From: Utricularia gibba
Lineage: Eukaryota; Plantae; Magnoliophyta
DNA: 64,000 nt
Direction of reading: 5' to 3'
Assembly (NCBI GenBank): GCA_002189035.1
Contig: CM007990.1
Coordinates: 4,960,001 to 5,024,000, forward strand
Shown one piece after another: positions 24,181-37,181 of the stretch. The position numbers and the translations under genes were made by a program. Numbering within the stretch: the stretch's first letter is position 1; each line of letters starts with the position of its first letter. The notes beneath the pieces are model-generated. The model did no database searches, had not been told where the DNA came from, and was given only the letters and a program-made list of their open reading frames with translations.

Positions 24181-26406
24181 CCAAAAGAAACCGAGTGTTC
24201 CTGTGAATCATCCATATAAGAAAAAATGAAGAACTGAAAAACAAACTTCCACAAACCCCACAACTCGCAAAGCGGTTTCCGCATTTAGCCAAGAAAAATT
24301 TCAGCAGCTTGAAAAAATACCATAAAAAATCGCTCACCTGAAGGAAAACCGAATCTCTAGACACGAAAAAGCGTCCGACGACTGTCCGTGCGATGGTCGG
24401 TGACTCCACACCGATCCAAAAGCAATTTCTCCTTCGCAAACAAAGATAACAAACACGGTGTGGAAACTGGAAACTTTGCCCCAGACAAGATGCGCGCCCC
24501 CATCGCTTCCCACACCCCTAAGAAAAACTAATCTACGGCCCAGGCCTTCAAAAAGAGTACGGCCTCGCCCATGTCCCCGGCAATTCAGCACCCACTAAGT
24601 GGGCCTCATTTCCCTAAGTTGGGCTTCAGACGCCAGTGACCCGACCCATAATCCAGTATCCGAATGCAAAAAATGGATCAAGACGGTTACACCTATCTTG
24701 TCCGAACACGCAGAATTGACTAAACATAGAATCGGAAGCGACTAAATATAAAAGCGAAAATGATGAAAGATTCCATGTATCAAAACTCTAATAAAAAAGA
24801 TCTTAATATAATAATATATAATATATTTCAAATGAAAATAAAATTTATTTTAAATTCAAATAGTTTTCATTTTAAAATTTCAATTTGAATTCGTAAACAT
24901 CTATAACTATTTAAAAAGTAATTTCAATATATTATTTGATGCATTTTTTTAAGGTTTGAAGGGAATAAAGTAGAATGCCATCAGAAGCTTAGTGACATTG
25001 CCACTATTAGACCGAGTAGAAAATTCCACCCACTTGCCTTTTTCTGCCTTTAAGCACACCCACGACTTCCCATCCAAGAGATCAATGACCATAATAAATT
25101 CTCTATGCGCCAAAATGCATACATTTTTCTTAATTTTTTAATATCCGCATATGCTTTCATTTATTAAAAAAAGCATACATTATAAAATGATATTTAGAAA
25201 TAGTGAATGATATAAAAAGCATGATGCAGGTGGTATAGCACGAAGTGAACATGTGCAATATGTCAAATACTCGATTCGCCCCGATCTGACACTATATATT
25301 ATAGGACTCAACCTTTATTCTATTCTTTGAAATTGTTCTTTATAAATTAAACCACTTATTCTTAATTAATATATAGTAAAAAGTATGTTCCCTATATTTT
25401 CATGTTTTTAGATCAACGCCTTTCGGCATCTTAAACTGCATTGATTAAAAGTTGATGTTCGACTTTATGTAATAAAGTTTCTGTATGCCCAAAGAAAAGG
25501 CACACCACTCGAGAGTAACGTGACAAGAACATGATTCATGTCACAAGTAAGTTGTGGGTGATTTGAAAAGTTGACACCTTCAATTTTTCTTTTACATATG
25601 TGAGAATATTGATTATTTTTCTAAATCATCTAATGAATTGTCTATATAATTGCGTCTCCATATAATTTGGATCACTATCTTTCCATTACTTTGCAACTAA
25701 TTCTTTTATTATGGCTGATGAACTTTTTAACAAGAAATATGCATCACCCGAACTTATGGGACCAATGCGTGTCACTATTGAAATTGATTATGATAGAAAA
25801 TAGGTTTGACAAATATATTTTTAAAATATGATTATTTTGATAAATATGTAATGTTTTATCCTATTATTGAACAATATTGTTTGTTTTGAATATTTAATTT
25901 TCATGATTTTATATTTTTTCATTTCGATAAAAATAACACATACGAAATTAGAGAATGTCTATTTATATAAAACGTACCTCTATTCTGTTCATAACTTATG
26001 TGAAATTTGTCTAATATCTTTACATTCTTAATTCGACCAAATCTAATTTTGTATAATATTATATATTTCGAATATTTATTCTTCACGATTTTATATTTTT
26101 TATTTTCAGAAAAAAAGTTTCATATAAAATTAATAAAGTTCTTATATTTAATTACGTTCTCATCTCTCATCCATTATCAACGTGATATACCTTCACACAA
26201 GGCCACGGACTTATAAAATGTATGGATCAAACAGAGAGTAATTAATATGTATCAGAAATGACATAGCACAGGGCCATAGTCGATGGCAAGGAAGCCACAT
26301 ACATACAGCTTTATTTTTATTATGCGCAGGAATTGCAGAAACACACACAGCACATGCATCACAAGTCCAAGTCCAGCTGAAAAGAGCAATAAGCCACAAA
26401 TTTTTA

Positions 26407-27300
26407 CTACTCATAGAAGTCGCTGGTGGTTTTCTTGCTGTAACCACCGTATCCACCGCCGCTCTGAGGCTGGGTGTCTTCATCGCTGGGCCTCGACGAG
26501 TAGCCACCAGTTTCTTGGTCGTCGGAGTAACTCTTCTTGCCGGTGCTGTAGGTGTCGGCGGTTGTGTATTCTGATGACGGCTCATCAGAGTAACCCTGAG
26601 TAGTTTTCTTGTTGTAGCCATCATCTTCGGTGTAACCGCTATTCAAGCTCTTAGAAGGCTCATCGGAGTAACTGTCTCCCTGGCCAAACCCCACATCAGA
26701 CTTCTTGCCTGTTGGACCAGAGAAAATGTGGAGAAGATGAGTATGTAATTAAATAACAATTTTGTTGGCAGTTTGACTTTCAATAATAAATTTCACGGGA
26801 TTACCATAACCAGTGTCGGTGTCGCCGTAGCCACCGGATTGCTTGTCATCAGAAGAGCCCTTGTAAGAATCATAGTCGCCGGAAGTCTTGTACGTGTCGG
26901 TGTCGTAGTCACCGGACGGGGTTTCGTCAGTCGAATTCTTGTAAGAACCATAGTCACTAGACACCTTATTGTCTCCGGAAGCCTTGTACGTGTCGTAGTC
27001 ACCGGACGGCGTGTCCTCGGTCGAAGCCTTGTAAGAAGCATAGTCACCGGACACCTTATCGTCTCCGGAAGCCTTGTACGTGTCGTAGTCACCGTACGAC
27101 GTGTCATCAGTTTTGTTAAAGCCATAGCCTCCAGACTGCTTATCCCCGCCGGAAGTCTTGAACGTGTCGTTGTCACCGGACGGCGTGTCATCGGTCTTGT
27201 AAGAAGCATCGTCACCGGCGGGCTTGTCTTGCTGGTAGTCGGAGTCCTCGGATTGGTCAGGCTTCTTGTTTCCCTTCACGATGTTGGAGAGGAAATCCAT
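26407..27300 (-). CDS. 265-aa acidic D/S/T/G/Y/K-rich repeat protein, predicted intrinsically disordered (hydrophilin-like)
   Basis: Exon 1 27300-26805 (donor TATG|GTAA) and exon 2 26708-26407 (acceptor CAACAG|GC) join in frame: MDFLSNIVKGNKKPDQSEDSDY...GYG GKKSDVGFGQGDSYSDEPS...TTSDFYE*. TATA-like element about 100 nt upstream. Confidence 0.85.
26850..27240 (-). repeat. Coding tandem repeat, 90-bp (30-aa) unit, about 4 degenerate copies
   Basis: GTCTCCGGAAGCCTTGTACGTGTCGTAGTCACCG occurs at 26971 and 27061 (period 90), with variants at about 26881 and 27151. Protein unit T(D/E)DTPSGDYDTYKASGD(D/N)KVS(G/S)DY(A/G)SYK(A/N)S. Confidence 0.92.
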
Positions 27301-27397
27301 CGGCGGCAGATGAAGATGAAGAGGGATCAGAAAAATCCAACGGCTGAAATGAAGCGCTGTAGAGTGGAGCGTGTTCAGAAAGAAGAACACTCCCAGG

Positions 27398-27441
27398 TAT
27401 AAATAGAGGAGCCGAGGGATATTTCTCCAGTCGCTGCCGAC
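27398..27441. promoter_or_regulatory. TATA element and DRE/CRT core upstream of the repeat-protein gene
   Basis: TATAAATA at 27398-27405 (TATTTATA on the gene strand) and GCCGAC at 27436-27441. Confidence 0.45.
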
Positions 27442-28533
27442 ATGTCGCCTCTATATGCCATCGGTAATAACTCCCCCACTATTTACTAATTTCATAAATA
27501 AATATTACATTTTTTCAAAAAATAACATTTTTAGGATTTTATTATTAATAAACGTAAATAATTAATTAATATATAATGATATATAAATATCTCTAATCCA
27601 AAATAAAGAAAGGGACCATACACCATCAACCGTTTCCAGACCTCAACAGTTAATTTTGTGCCACCGCCGCGTACCGAAAGTCGTTTCTGTGGGGCCCAGT
27701 ATCCAATCGACCAATTTTCCATTAATGTTTTTTTGTCGTACTAACACTCACATTTTTTTGGTTAGTACGCCAAAAAAATCAGTAAATTCAATTGAAGAAT
27801 AAGCTGATTTTTTTAAATAATGATGTAATATTATAATATAATAACTAAAAATCAGTCAATTCAATTTAAATTATTATATAATAATTCATTCCAAATTTGT
27901 GATTTTTATGTATGCCAAATAACTCCTTATGATTTTGAATTTCATGAATTTTATTAGTTATCTTTGATTAAAATATAAAAACGAAGATATTTTTAATGCA
28001 CATCTTAAAAATATCTTGCTTTTTATATTTTATAGATATATTATATTGGAAATATCTTTGTTTTTTTTATCATGACTTAATGATGAAGCTTTGCCTTATC
28101 TTGGGACGCGGTGCAAGGATCGGATCTCCACTGGGCACGTGGTGATCATCCAATACACTATCAATTGTATTATTAATTATTCTTGGGAGGTGTCGGCAGG
28201 GAATTTAAAATTCGAATATTCTTGTCATATTAGGGCACGCTAATTTTGGAATTTGGGCAATTTAATAAAAAAGGAAAAATAATCTTCCAAAAACTATGTC
28301 CGACATTATTGGGCTAAATAAGGGCTCAATTGTTGACAAATGGGCCGCTGGTCTCGTCAAGGAAGATCCAGCCCTTTCTCTGTCCCTCTGCTCGTACGAG
28401 TTTCTGAACAGTTTGATGAACTCTTGTGTTTGAAGCTCACACATGAATGTTTTTTCCTGAGAGTACTCAACAAATCCAATCAAACTGAGGAAACTTTTGA
28501 TCCCATTTATGATGTTTTGGTCTGATCTGGGAA

Positions 28534-29579
28534 TCAGTCGGCGCCAGCCTTTTCCTTCAACATGGCGATGAATTTCTCCCTTTCCTCTGGAGTCATCCCC
28601 TCTGCTGAGCAGTCTCCAACTCCCCACTCAGCTCCTCGGATGCAATATTTGTCAAGAATTGCTTTCTTGTTTCTGAAAAATAAATCAGCTGGGGTGAGGT
28701 GGCAGCTACTATTTTACATGAATCCAAACGAAAGATACACAAGGTGTGCTACTTCTCTTTGTTTAGCTTCGATTGCTCGAGCAGCTTCTTCAGTATGGGA
28801 GACTCCTTGAATCTGGCATCGTTCTCCGCGTACTTCTTTTGGTTTTCCTCTGGGTTATAAGGCAATTCAGAAATAAGCATGTGGTGGGATTATATGAAGA
28901 ATGCGTACCGTTTAAGCGTGCGAGGAAGTCCATCTGAGGTAACTGGGGACCAGGAATCGACTCAAGTCCGGAGAAGCCGGAAAGAAATCCGGCATGGGCT
29001 GAAAGAGAGACAATTCAGTTAAATTTCAGGTATGTGATTGCTTCAGTTTCAGCAATAGCCTCTGGTCAATGCTTGTGATTAGAACAATCGTCAATAGTTG
29101 TGTGATACAGGAGTTAATTTTTGGGGGCATCACTTTTCAACATTATCAAACTCATTCATCATTCATGCTAAAAGAAGTATCAACAAGTTTTCAGGAGATG
29201 GCTCTTTATCCTACAAAATCACATCTTCCCCAGTGGGCATTTACACTAAAAATGTGAACTTGGCCATTGACATCCAAAAACGCAACCTAAAGAAACCCAA
29301 TTCCAATGAACCCATGTAATAATTCCATAAATTGAGTACAAATTCACCTGGAATGCACCAGAAAGCTACTGAAAGAGAGACGGCAACGGGAACAAAAGAT
29401 GTCCGAACCAAATTTTTCAAAAGGATTGCTGAGGAGGGGGATGAGTCGTTCCCTGTTTCCGGGATTCTTCGGGATGAGACCGTCGAAAGGAACTTCTTTC
29501 CAGGCACCGCAAAAGTTGGATTAGTGAAATTCATAGTTGAAGGCTTAACCAGAGAAGCATTCAGAAGAAGCGAAACCAT
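28534..29579 (-). CDS. Small conserved plastid-targeted protein of unknown function
   Basis: Four phase-consistent exons: transit peptide plus hydrophobic AVSLSVAFWCIP-AHA, GFLSGFSGLESIPGPQLPQMDFLARLN, EENQKKYAENDARFKESPILKKLLEQSKLNKE and KNKKAILDKYCIRGAEWGVGDCSAEGMTPEEREKFIAMLKEKAGAD*. I recall the CxRGAEWGVGDC motif from a conserved plant family but cannot name it reliably. Confidence 0.85.
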
Positions 29580-30222
29580 GTCTCGACGTTCCTACAGAAA
29601 CAAGAAACGCAACGGTCACTAAAAGATCAGGCTCGGCAAATATGGGGAGTGAATATGCAATTACGAGAGAGATACGGGTAACTTAGGAAGTACAAGTGGG
29701 TAACTCGGAGATACCAAAGCCGGAGATTCTTCTACTCTTGTTCTTGCCAAGAAGCAGGATTCAATTTGGAATAGGGTTTAAATTCTCTGACTGAAACTGC
29801 TGTTACTTATCTTCAAAAATCCCGCGAAGCCTCTCGGTGGGAACAACAAAGGTGAGTTCTTTACCTTGTCCGAAGGCTGAGAGTTGGCGGCAGCACCTTA
29901 GTTTCGGCTCCCATGAATTAAAGCCTTCTTCCGTTTTCTCCCCCATGCAGCAGGGTATGGATCTAAACTCATTCCTATGGCTGAGGCTTTGGAGTAATGA
30001 GGCGTTAAGTTGTTATCCTGGTGCTAGCTATTGTCATGTTATCACTTATTCGGAGGATCAATTTCCAGCATCCTTATCAGATAGTCATGGTATCTGATAG
30101 GAGTGCTGGAAATTTTTTTCTGATTCTTTTTGCTGTGTTATGTTTGCCAAGAATGCTGATATTGCTGGTTTTTCCAGCAACTTGTTGACTTTCTGTTACT
30201 TCTGCCGGAAATTGGTGGAGGA

Positions 30223-32478
30223 ATGGTGGCCCCATACATTCCTCTTTTCAGGGCTTGTTCGACCTTGAAATCAATTCGTCAGCTTCATGCATATCTCATC
30301 GTATTGGGATTTCATGGGGATCTCCTTGCATCGACGAAGCTGATCGGTTCATACTCGGAAATGGGTTGTGTCTATTCTGCAAACAAGATTTTTGGTGCCT
30401 TCAAGAAACCAGATTCGTTCATGTGGGGTGTGCTGATTAAGTGCCATGTCTGGAATGGTTTGTTTGAGGAGGCGATTTTGTTGTACGAAAAGGTTCTGGA
30501 GAGCTTAAATGAGTTAAGTAGCTTCGTTTTCCCTTCTGTCCTGAGAGCTTGCTCTGCAGTTAAAGATCTAAGTATGGGAGAAAGGATCCACGCTAGGATA
30601 TTGAAGTCTGGTTTTGAGTCTGATACCGTGATTGAGACTGCCCTTCTTAGCATGTATGGGGAAAATGGATGTTCATTCAATGCGAGAAAACTATTTGATT
30701 CCATGGCTACAAGGGATGTCGTGTCATGGAGCTCAATAGTTTCTAACTATGTGCGAGATGGACAACCTTTAGAGGGACTGGAAATCTTCAGGGAGATGGT
30801 AAGAGAAGGTATAGAAATCGATTCTGTTACCTTGCTTAGTATTGCAGAGGCTTGTGGTGAAATGGGATTTTGGCATGCCGGAAGGTCTTGCCATGGCTAT
30901 GTAATTAGAAGGAATATTGGCAGTGATCACGATGCATTGGGAAGTTCTCTTATTGCAATGTATGGAAAATGTGGTGACACTCGCGTAGCAGAAAGGTTGT
31001 TCTTTTATGGTGCGCATTGTAACATTGCTTCATGGACTGCATTGATATCTTGCTACAATCAAAATGGATGCTACTCAAAAGCAATAGAGACGTTTATTGA
31101 GATGCAGAAATGTGATGTTGGCTGCAACAGTGTCACTTTGATGAGTATTGTCTGCTCTTGTGCTCGAGTAGGATGGTTAAGGCAAGGGAAGTCTGTTCAT
31201 GGATATGCTATAAGGAATAACATTGACTTGAAGAAAGACTTTCTAAGGTCATCTTTGATCGATTTGTATGCTAACTGTGGTAACGTGGGATACGGGCACT
31301 TGGTTTTCAATGGGACACAAGAAAAGCATATTGTCTCTTGGAATATCCTCATATCAGGTTATGCAAGAGAAGGAATGTCTCAGGAGGCTCTATCACTATT
31401 CGGTCAGATGTTGACTCAAGGGGTGATTCCAGATTCTTTTTCCTTAGCTAGTGCTCTTTTGGCATGTAGAGATATTAGTTTTTTCGGTTTCGGATGTCAA
31501 ATTCATTGCCTTGCAATCAAGTCATTGCAAATCCAAAATGAGTTTGTCGAAAATACTCTGATACACATGTATTCAAATTGTGGGTCTGTAAATTCAGCGA
31601 GCAGGATATTTCAAGCCAGGCAGGAACGAAGTACAGTTACATGGAACACCATGTTGTGTGGTTTCTCCCAAAATGGTTATTCAGAGCAAGCTCTCTTTCT
31701 TTTTACTGAGATGTTTGCCAAATGCATTAACATGGACCAAGTAACCTTTACTATAGTCTTACAAGCGTGTGCAGATCAGGGGCTTGTGGATCGAGGGAGA
31801 TGGATTCACCATAAACTACTGACATCTGGTTTGACAGCAGACGTGTATACAGGCACAGCTCTAATCAATATGTATGCTCGATGCGGGGACCTGCAGATGG
31901 CTCAGAGAGTTTTCAGCAACATGACAGAAAGGAGTCCTGCATCTTGGAGTTCCATAATAGGAGGTTATGCTATGCATGGCCATATTGATGATTCAATTGC
32001 TCTTTTTGATCAGATGATAAAATCTGGAGTGGAGCCTAATGACATCACTTTCATGAGCATCCTTTCAGCTTGCAGTCATGCTGGATATGTCGAAAAGGGG
32101 AAGTATTATTTCAACTCGTTAGTCAAAGATTATGGTATTAACCCCAGCTCGGAGCATTATGCCTGTTTGGTTGATATGCTAAGCCGATCCGGTGATTTGA
32201 AGGGTGCTTATGAAGTCTTGGATTCCATGCCTTTTCCTTCAGATGCTAGAACTTGGGGTGCACTGGTGAATGGGTGCAGAATACATAATAGAGTGGATTT
32301 TTTGAACAGCATCAACAGAAACCTCATTGGTATGGAAGCTGAGGATTCGGGGTATTACAAAGTTTTGGCTAATGTGTATGCTGATGCCGGTAAATGGAAT
32401 GAGTTCATGATGGTTAGAGCAAAGATAAGAAGTATGACTCTGAAGAACGTCCATGGCTGCAGCATGATTGAGACTTGA
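30223..32478 (+). CDS. Pentatricopeptide repeat protein, PLS class, E subgroup (no DYW domain)
   Basis: Intronless 751-aa ORF with many PLS repeats (RDVVSWSSIVS, IVSWNILISGYAREG, TVTWNTMLCGFSQNG, FMSILSACSHAGYVEKG, EHYACLVDMLSRSG), the E-domain segment YYKVLANVYADAGKW and a terminal GCSMIE. Confidence 0.96.
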   Translation: MVAPYIPLFRACSTLKSIRQLHAYLIVLGFHGDLLASTKLIGSYSEMGCVYSANKIFGAFKKPDSFMWGVLIKCHVWNGLFEEAILLYEKVLESLNELSSFVFPSVLRACSAVKDLSMGERIHARILKSGFESDTVIETALLSMYGENGCSFNARKLFDSMATRDVVSWSSIVSNYVRDGQPLEGLEIFREMVREGIEIDSVTLLSIAEACGEMGFWHAGRSCHGYVIRRNIGSDHDALGSSLIAMYGKCGDTRVAERLFFYGAHCNIASWTALISCYNQNGCYSKAIETFIEMQKCDVGCNSVTLMSIVCSCARVGWLRQGKSVHGYAIRNNIDLKKDFLRSSLIDLYANCGNVGYGHLVFNGTQEKHIVSWNILISGYAREGMSQEALSLFGQMLTQGVIPDSFSLASALLACRDISFFGFGCQIHCLAIKSLQIQNEFVENTLIHMYSNCGSVNSASRIFQARQERSTVTWNTMLCGFSQNGYSEQALFLFTEMFAKCINMDQVTFTIVLQACADQGLVDRGRWIHHKLLTSGLTADVYTGTALINMYARCGDLQMAQRVFSNMTERSPASWSSIIGGYAMHGHIDDSIALFDQMIKSGVEPNDITFMSILSACSHAGYVEKGKYYFNSLVKDYGINPSSEHYACLVDMLSRSGDLKGAYEVLDSMPFPSDARTWGALVNGCRIHNRVDFLNSINRNLIGMEAEDSGYYKVLANVYADAGKWNEFMMVRAKIRSMTLKNVHGCSMIET

Positions 32479-34022
32479 AACTCAGAAGACGGGTGTTTGC
32501 TGAAACAGGCTGTAGTGATGTATGCAATGATGATCATCTGGCTCACATACTCCTCTGACAGAAAAGAGGGTCTTGCCTCGATCCAGAAACAAGTTGAAAA
32601 ACAATCGCCTTCTTCCTTCCAGGAGTACATGCAGTTCTTTGGTTGATGAGTGGAATCCAATCTTCATCATTCCCTGGAATGTCAGAAAGAGACAACAGAT
32701 GCTTGTCATCTTTTTAACTGGATTAACACATAATTAGGCAATAGAATAACTGTGTGTATAGCAGGATTCTTTCTGTGGTTATTGTCATAAGGATTGATGG
32801 AGACAGCACATTGGTTTGCTGTCGAGATGAATCAAGTTCAAGATCTCGTGACCTTGAGATGACAAAAATAAAAAAAAATGACCAAAACATTCAATACACA
32901 ATGATGGGCCAATGGATCTAATAGAATCAACACAGTGAGGGGACGTTGCTTGAACGAAGTTGCTAGATGGATGATTCAATCGGTCTGCATCACCTTGAAA
33001 AAATGGAGTCATCCCTGTTGATGAAAACCTCCTAACCAGCAAAAAAGGAAGTATATTCAGTTGTTGTCGTAAGCATGCAAGAGTATGATACACGTGTCAC
33101 GGTTTGAGTGAATCTGGTTAAGTATTGATGAGTTGCTACAGTTTTGTCAGTTATTACTTCCACACTGAATAGTGACAAGGTGGGATCTTGATATAGTTTC
33201 CATAGCAGAGAGTAGAATTTATTCGTATCTTCATGGCAATGAAGAATAAGCAAGTAGCTTAACTCGAGGATATGGACAGTGGACCATGCTATGAAAGGAG
33301 TCCGCATTTAATGTCTTCCTTTTCCATTTTTCTCGATTTGTCCTGGAGTTCGCTGTTCGCCCCACGGAAAAAACAAAAATGAAATCAGCTGAAAATCACA
33401 AGGGGACGGAGGGTGGTGGTTATGGAGTCATAAATGGTGGTGTGGTGCAGTTGCAGCAAAAATGATGTGCAACTGGGATGGGTGTTGCTGTTCTGTGTTG
33501 TGGCAAGTGATTGAATAGACGATGTATGAATCAAGGAAAGGAGATTAAAGTGAGTTAAAGTTGGGGTTTTGCAGAAGGACCAAGTAATTATACGCGCCAG
33601 AAAAGAGCTTGGATTCCGTCCATTAGGTCTCTTTCCGCTCCTTCCGCTCCGGCTGGCGGCGTAGATCTCAGTTGGGTTTCAGCTAAGAGTTCCCCATTTG
33701 GCACTATACTTGTTTTCTAGCCATCATTGCGGTTTGTTATAATTCAGCGGACAGCGAAAAGAGGGGCTCTTCGCCCATCGATGATGGCTAGCTAGCTCAT
33801 CAACCCCACTTTCTTCTCCTTTTCCTGAAGTTCATATTTTTGGGATCAACAGCGAGATTTGTGGGAAAGAGTTCTGAGTTGGTTCGCCCGTCGGGCATTG
33901 ACTGAGAATCTGCAGCGCGGTGGCAACGGGGAAACTAGCTCTTTCAGTGTTGTTTTGAGAGTCAAAAGGTCGTTTGTTTTCCGGGTTTTCAAAAGAACAT
34001 ATTTTTCTTTGAATTGTGAACA

Positions 34023-36768
34023 ATGAGAAAGCATGGTTGGCAGCTCCCTTACCATCCGCTTCAGGTGATTTTCTCCTCTGTTTCTCTTCTTTAATTTGGA
34101 GTCTCTAAAACATAAATCTCCATGCCTGCAGGTGGTTGCTGTGGCTGTATTTCTAGCACTGGGATTTGCTTTCTATGTTTTCTTTGCTCCTTTTCTGGGA
34201 AAACCGTTGTTCCAATACTTAGCGATGGGGATTTACACGCCTCTCGTGAGCAAATTTGTACCCTCATCTTCGATTTTGATATGATCTACATTCAAGTTTC
34301 CCTTTCATTAAGCTTTTGCATTCTCCTTGTTTGGTTTCTGGAAATTTGTTCAGAAAAGCATTCTTGTCTCCTTGGTAGCTGCATGTGGGCTTTCTTTGAT
34401 CCTCTCCCATAAATGCTATTTCAGGAAAAAAAAAATATTCTTGTTATGTATATTAAATGACAGCATCTGTAGTAAAAACCACTTCTGGAAGTTGCTTGTT
34501 CATAATGCTATTACTTGTCTTAATGAGCTTTTCATGTCTATAATCTGTTGGCCGTATCCTGCAATTTCTCCAGGTACTATCCTCCTTTGGCCTATACATT
34601 TGGTGCGCTGCTGCTGATCCTGCTGATCCTGGAGTTTTCAAGTCTAAAAAATATCTTCGAATTCATGAGAACCAACGGCATAACATTCCCAGAGTCTCTA
34701 AACGTGAGACATGTTCGTCCATTCAAGACAGCAGACCAGAGGCAAGTGAAAGGGAAGCTACTGCTGAAGGAAAAACAGATAATGCATTGGTTGTTGATCA
34801 TAATTCAAAGCCTCGAAACCGCCTTCCCGTGATTCTGGCTGTGCTGCCATGTGCTCACTTTTGCAGCGCTTGTGAAGAGAATGCGGATAAACATAGTGAG
34901 GATGGGATGTTCTTCTGTAGTCTATGTGAAGTAGAGGTATTTGTAACTTCTTATTGCACTTATCTTGATGTTGGCTGTTTTTTATCTGATCACTGCTGAA
35001 GACAGTGGATTCCAAATCCCCTGCAGGTTTTCAAATGCAGCAAGCATTGTCGAGTTTGTGATAAATGTGTTGACTGCTTTGATCACCATTGCCGGGTACA
35101 AAAGAATCTAGATTTTGGTTACATATCATCAGGTTGAAGATAACTACTAGTTTCATAATATCTTGCTCTTGTCTTCCCAGTGGTTAAACAATTGTATAGG
35201 CAAAAGGAACTACAGAAAATTCTTTCCTCTGATGGTTTCTGCTCTGCTCCTGGTAACCATATCCATCATTCTTTCATATATTCACTTCTACCATTCACTT
35301 ACATCATACTGTTCCTCTACTTCACCTTGTACTGCAGCTCATCCTTCAATGGACAACAGGAATCATCGTCATCGTTCTCTGTTTTCTCCAGAAGAAGAGA
35401 TTTGCTGCTGAAATCAGCGCCAAGCTCGGGAGCAGTTTCACAGTTGTTCCATTTGTAATCGTTGTGGTGAGTGCTTGTTTCCTGTAATATCTCCCCTGTA
35501 ACTTGTCCACTGTTGTATGGCTCTTCAAGATACGGTTCCATTTCCCCGGCTTGCTGAAACACGCAGGGAGTTTGCACAATACTGGCCATGGTGGCCACCT
35601 TGCCACTTGCTCAGCTCTTCCTGTTTCACGTCCTTCTCATAAAAAAGGTTGGATTTTTCGTGTACTTTTCGTATCCCATTCATGTTTCAGCTGTTATTAA
35701 CACTGGGATGACAGGGACTGAGCACGTATGACTACATCGTCGCTCTCAGAGAGCAAGAGCAGCAACAGGCGACCGTGAGCGGGGAGCAGAGTCCTCAAAT
35801 GTCTCTGGTTAGCTCTGTTACTGGATTAAGCAGCACCAGCTCGTTCAATACGTTTAATCGAGCTGCATGGTGCACACCACCCAGGCTTTTCGTTGAAGAT
35901 CAGGTATCCGATCTTGTCAGCATTTCCTTGGGGTGAAAAGTGCATTTCTTCCTCATTATGCCTCTTCTGTTTGCAGCTTGATGTTGTGCCCCCAGACAGT
36001 GTCTCTGTCAGCTCTCACGGAAAGAAGATCATTGCAGAGGAACCGTTGAAGAGGAAGAATCCACCGTCCGTGAAGATCAGTCCTTGGACACTGGCCCGTT
36101 TAAATCCAGAAGATGTGTCGAAGGCAGCTTCAGAAGCTAGAAAAAACTCAAAGATTCTACGCCCTGTAGCCAGAAATGAATCGGCTTATCCTTTTGAAAC
36201 AGAGAGCAGCGTCGGCAGCAGTGGCCGGAGGATGGTACTGGACCCAGATAACCACCAAAAACAAGGCAGTGGGCGCATCCGCCTCCCGACGGAGATGCCA
36301 ACTGAACAGAGACAGAGGCATCCCACATCGGATCTGAAAAGCATCAAGGATGATCATCATCCTATGAGCAGAGGAACATCTACAAGCTTTTCCTCTCTGC
36401 AGCTAGAAGCCCGAAGTGCATTCCATCAAAAACGGGTTGTTCTGTTTGCATCCGGGAACATCACGTCTTCCCCGGAAAGTATCTTGGAGTCTCCTGATCT
36501 CAACCCCTTCCAAGCTTCCTCATCTGGCCGGGAAGAGTCTCGAACACCTGTGGCTGCTCCTGCTGCTGCACTAGGCAATGGAGATGACATCCCGTTTTCA
36601 AGATCAACTAGTGATGGATATGATGCATCAGGCGGGGAAGACAGTGACCGAGATCCAGCAAGGTTTCTGAGCAGGCAAACCAACTGGGCAAGCATACTCT
36701 TTGGATCCGAAACAGAAATTAGCATCTCAAACTCGGGGTGGACACCATCATCTTCCTCGAAGATGTGA
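34023..36768 (+). CDS. DHHC protein S-acyltransferase, PAT22-like
   Basis: Nine phase-consistent exons: MRKHGWQLPYHPLQ, WCAAADPADPGVF, FCSLCEVE, SKHCRVCDKCVDCFDHHCR|WLNNCIGKRNYRKFF, GLSTYDYIVALRE, AWCTPPRLFVEDQ and VKISPWTLARLNPEDVSKAASEARK. Confidence 0.94.
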
Positions 36769-37181
36769 AACGAGAGCCCTTTGCCACTTGCAGATGCAAA
36801 TTCCAGTGAGGCTCCAAGACCCTTCTCTATGATTGTAAGAAACACAGAGTAGGCCCCTGCTATGTTTGCAGGTATTGTTACTAGCTCCTGATTTCAGATT
36901 CTTGACCTTCATCGTATAAACGCAAGGAAGTTACTTGCACGGAGAAGTACATTTTTCATACAACTATAATTCCAATGTATTTCAGAAGCAAACGAACTCA
37001 GAATTTGACACTACAGGTGCAAGAATATAGAACAAGCAGTTAGCTGTGCAGTAACTATGTCCATATTCGTTTCCTTCTCTGCACGCTCATGAACAACCAG
37101 CTTGATCTGCAGCTTCTCCTGAAACTTCGTGTGGATTCGAACTGCTGCAATGCCAAATAACGAGCCCCCGCTTGCATCGTC

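Noticed and set aside
26850-27240. Repeat-spacer (CRISPR-like) reading of the 90-bp repeats
   Set aside because: The units are degenerate, frame-preserving coding repeats in a spliced plant gene, with no unique spacers and no cas genes.
26773-27402. 209-aa plus-strand ORF and 140-aa alternative minus-frame ORF
   Set aside because: Shadow frames of the GC-rich coding repeat. The spliced D/S/G/Y frame has the start context, splice sites and TATA.
35904-35911. U12-type donor (GTATCCGA) in PAT22
   Set aside because: It departs from GTATCCTT, and the intron has an ordinary pyrimidine-rich U2 acceptor.
36321-36330. Perfect snRNA-type USE, TCCCACATCG
   Set aside because: It lies inside the last PAT22 coding exon, with no TATA or snRNA sequence downstream.
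36899-36909. 11-nt match to tasiARF (TTCTTGACCTT)
   Set aside because: No continuation and no flanking miR390 sites, so not a TAS3 locus.
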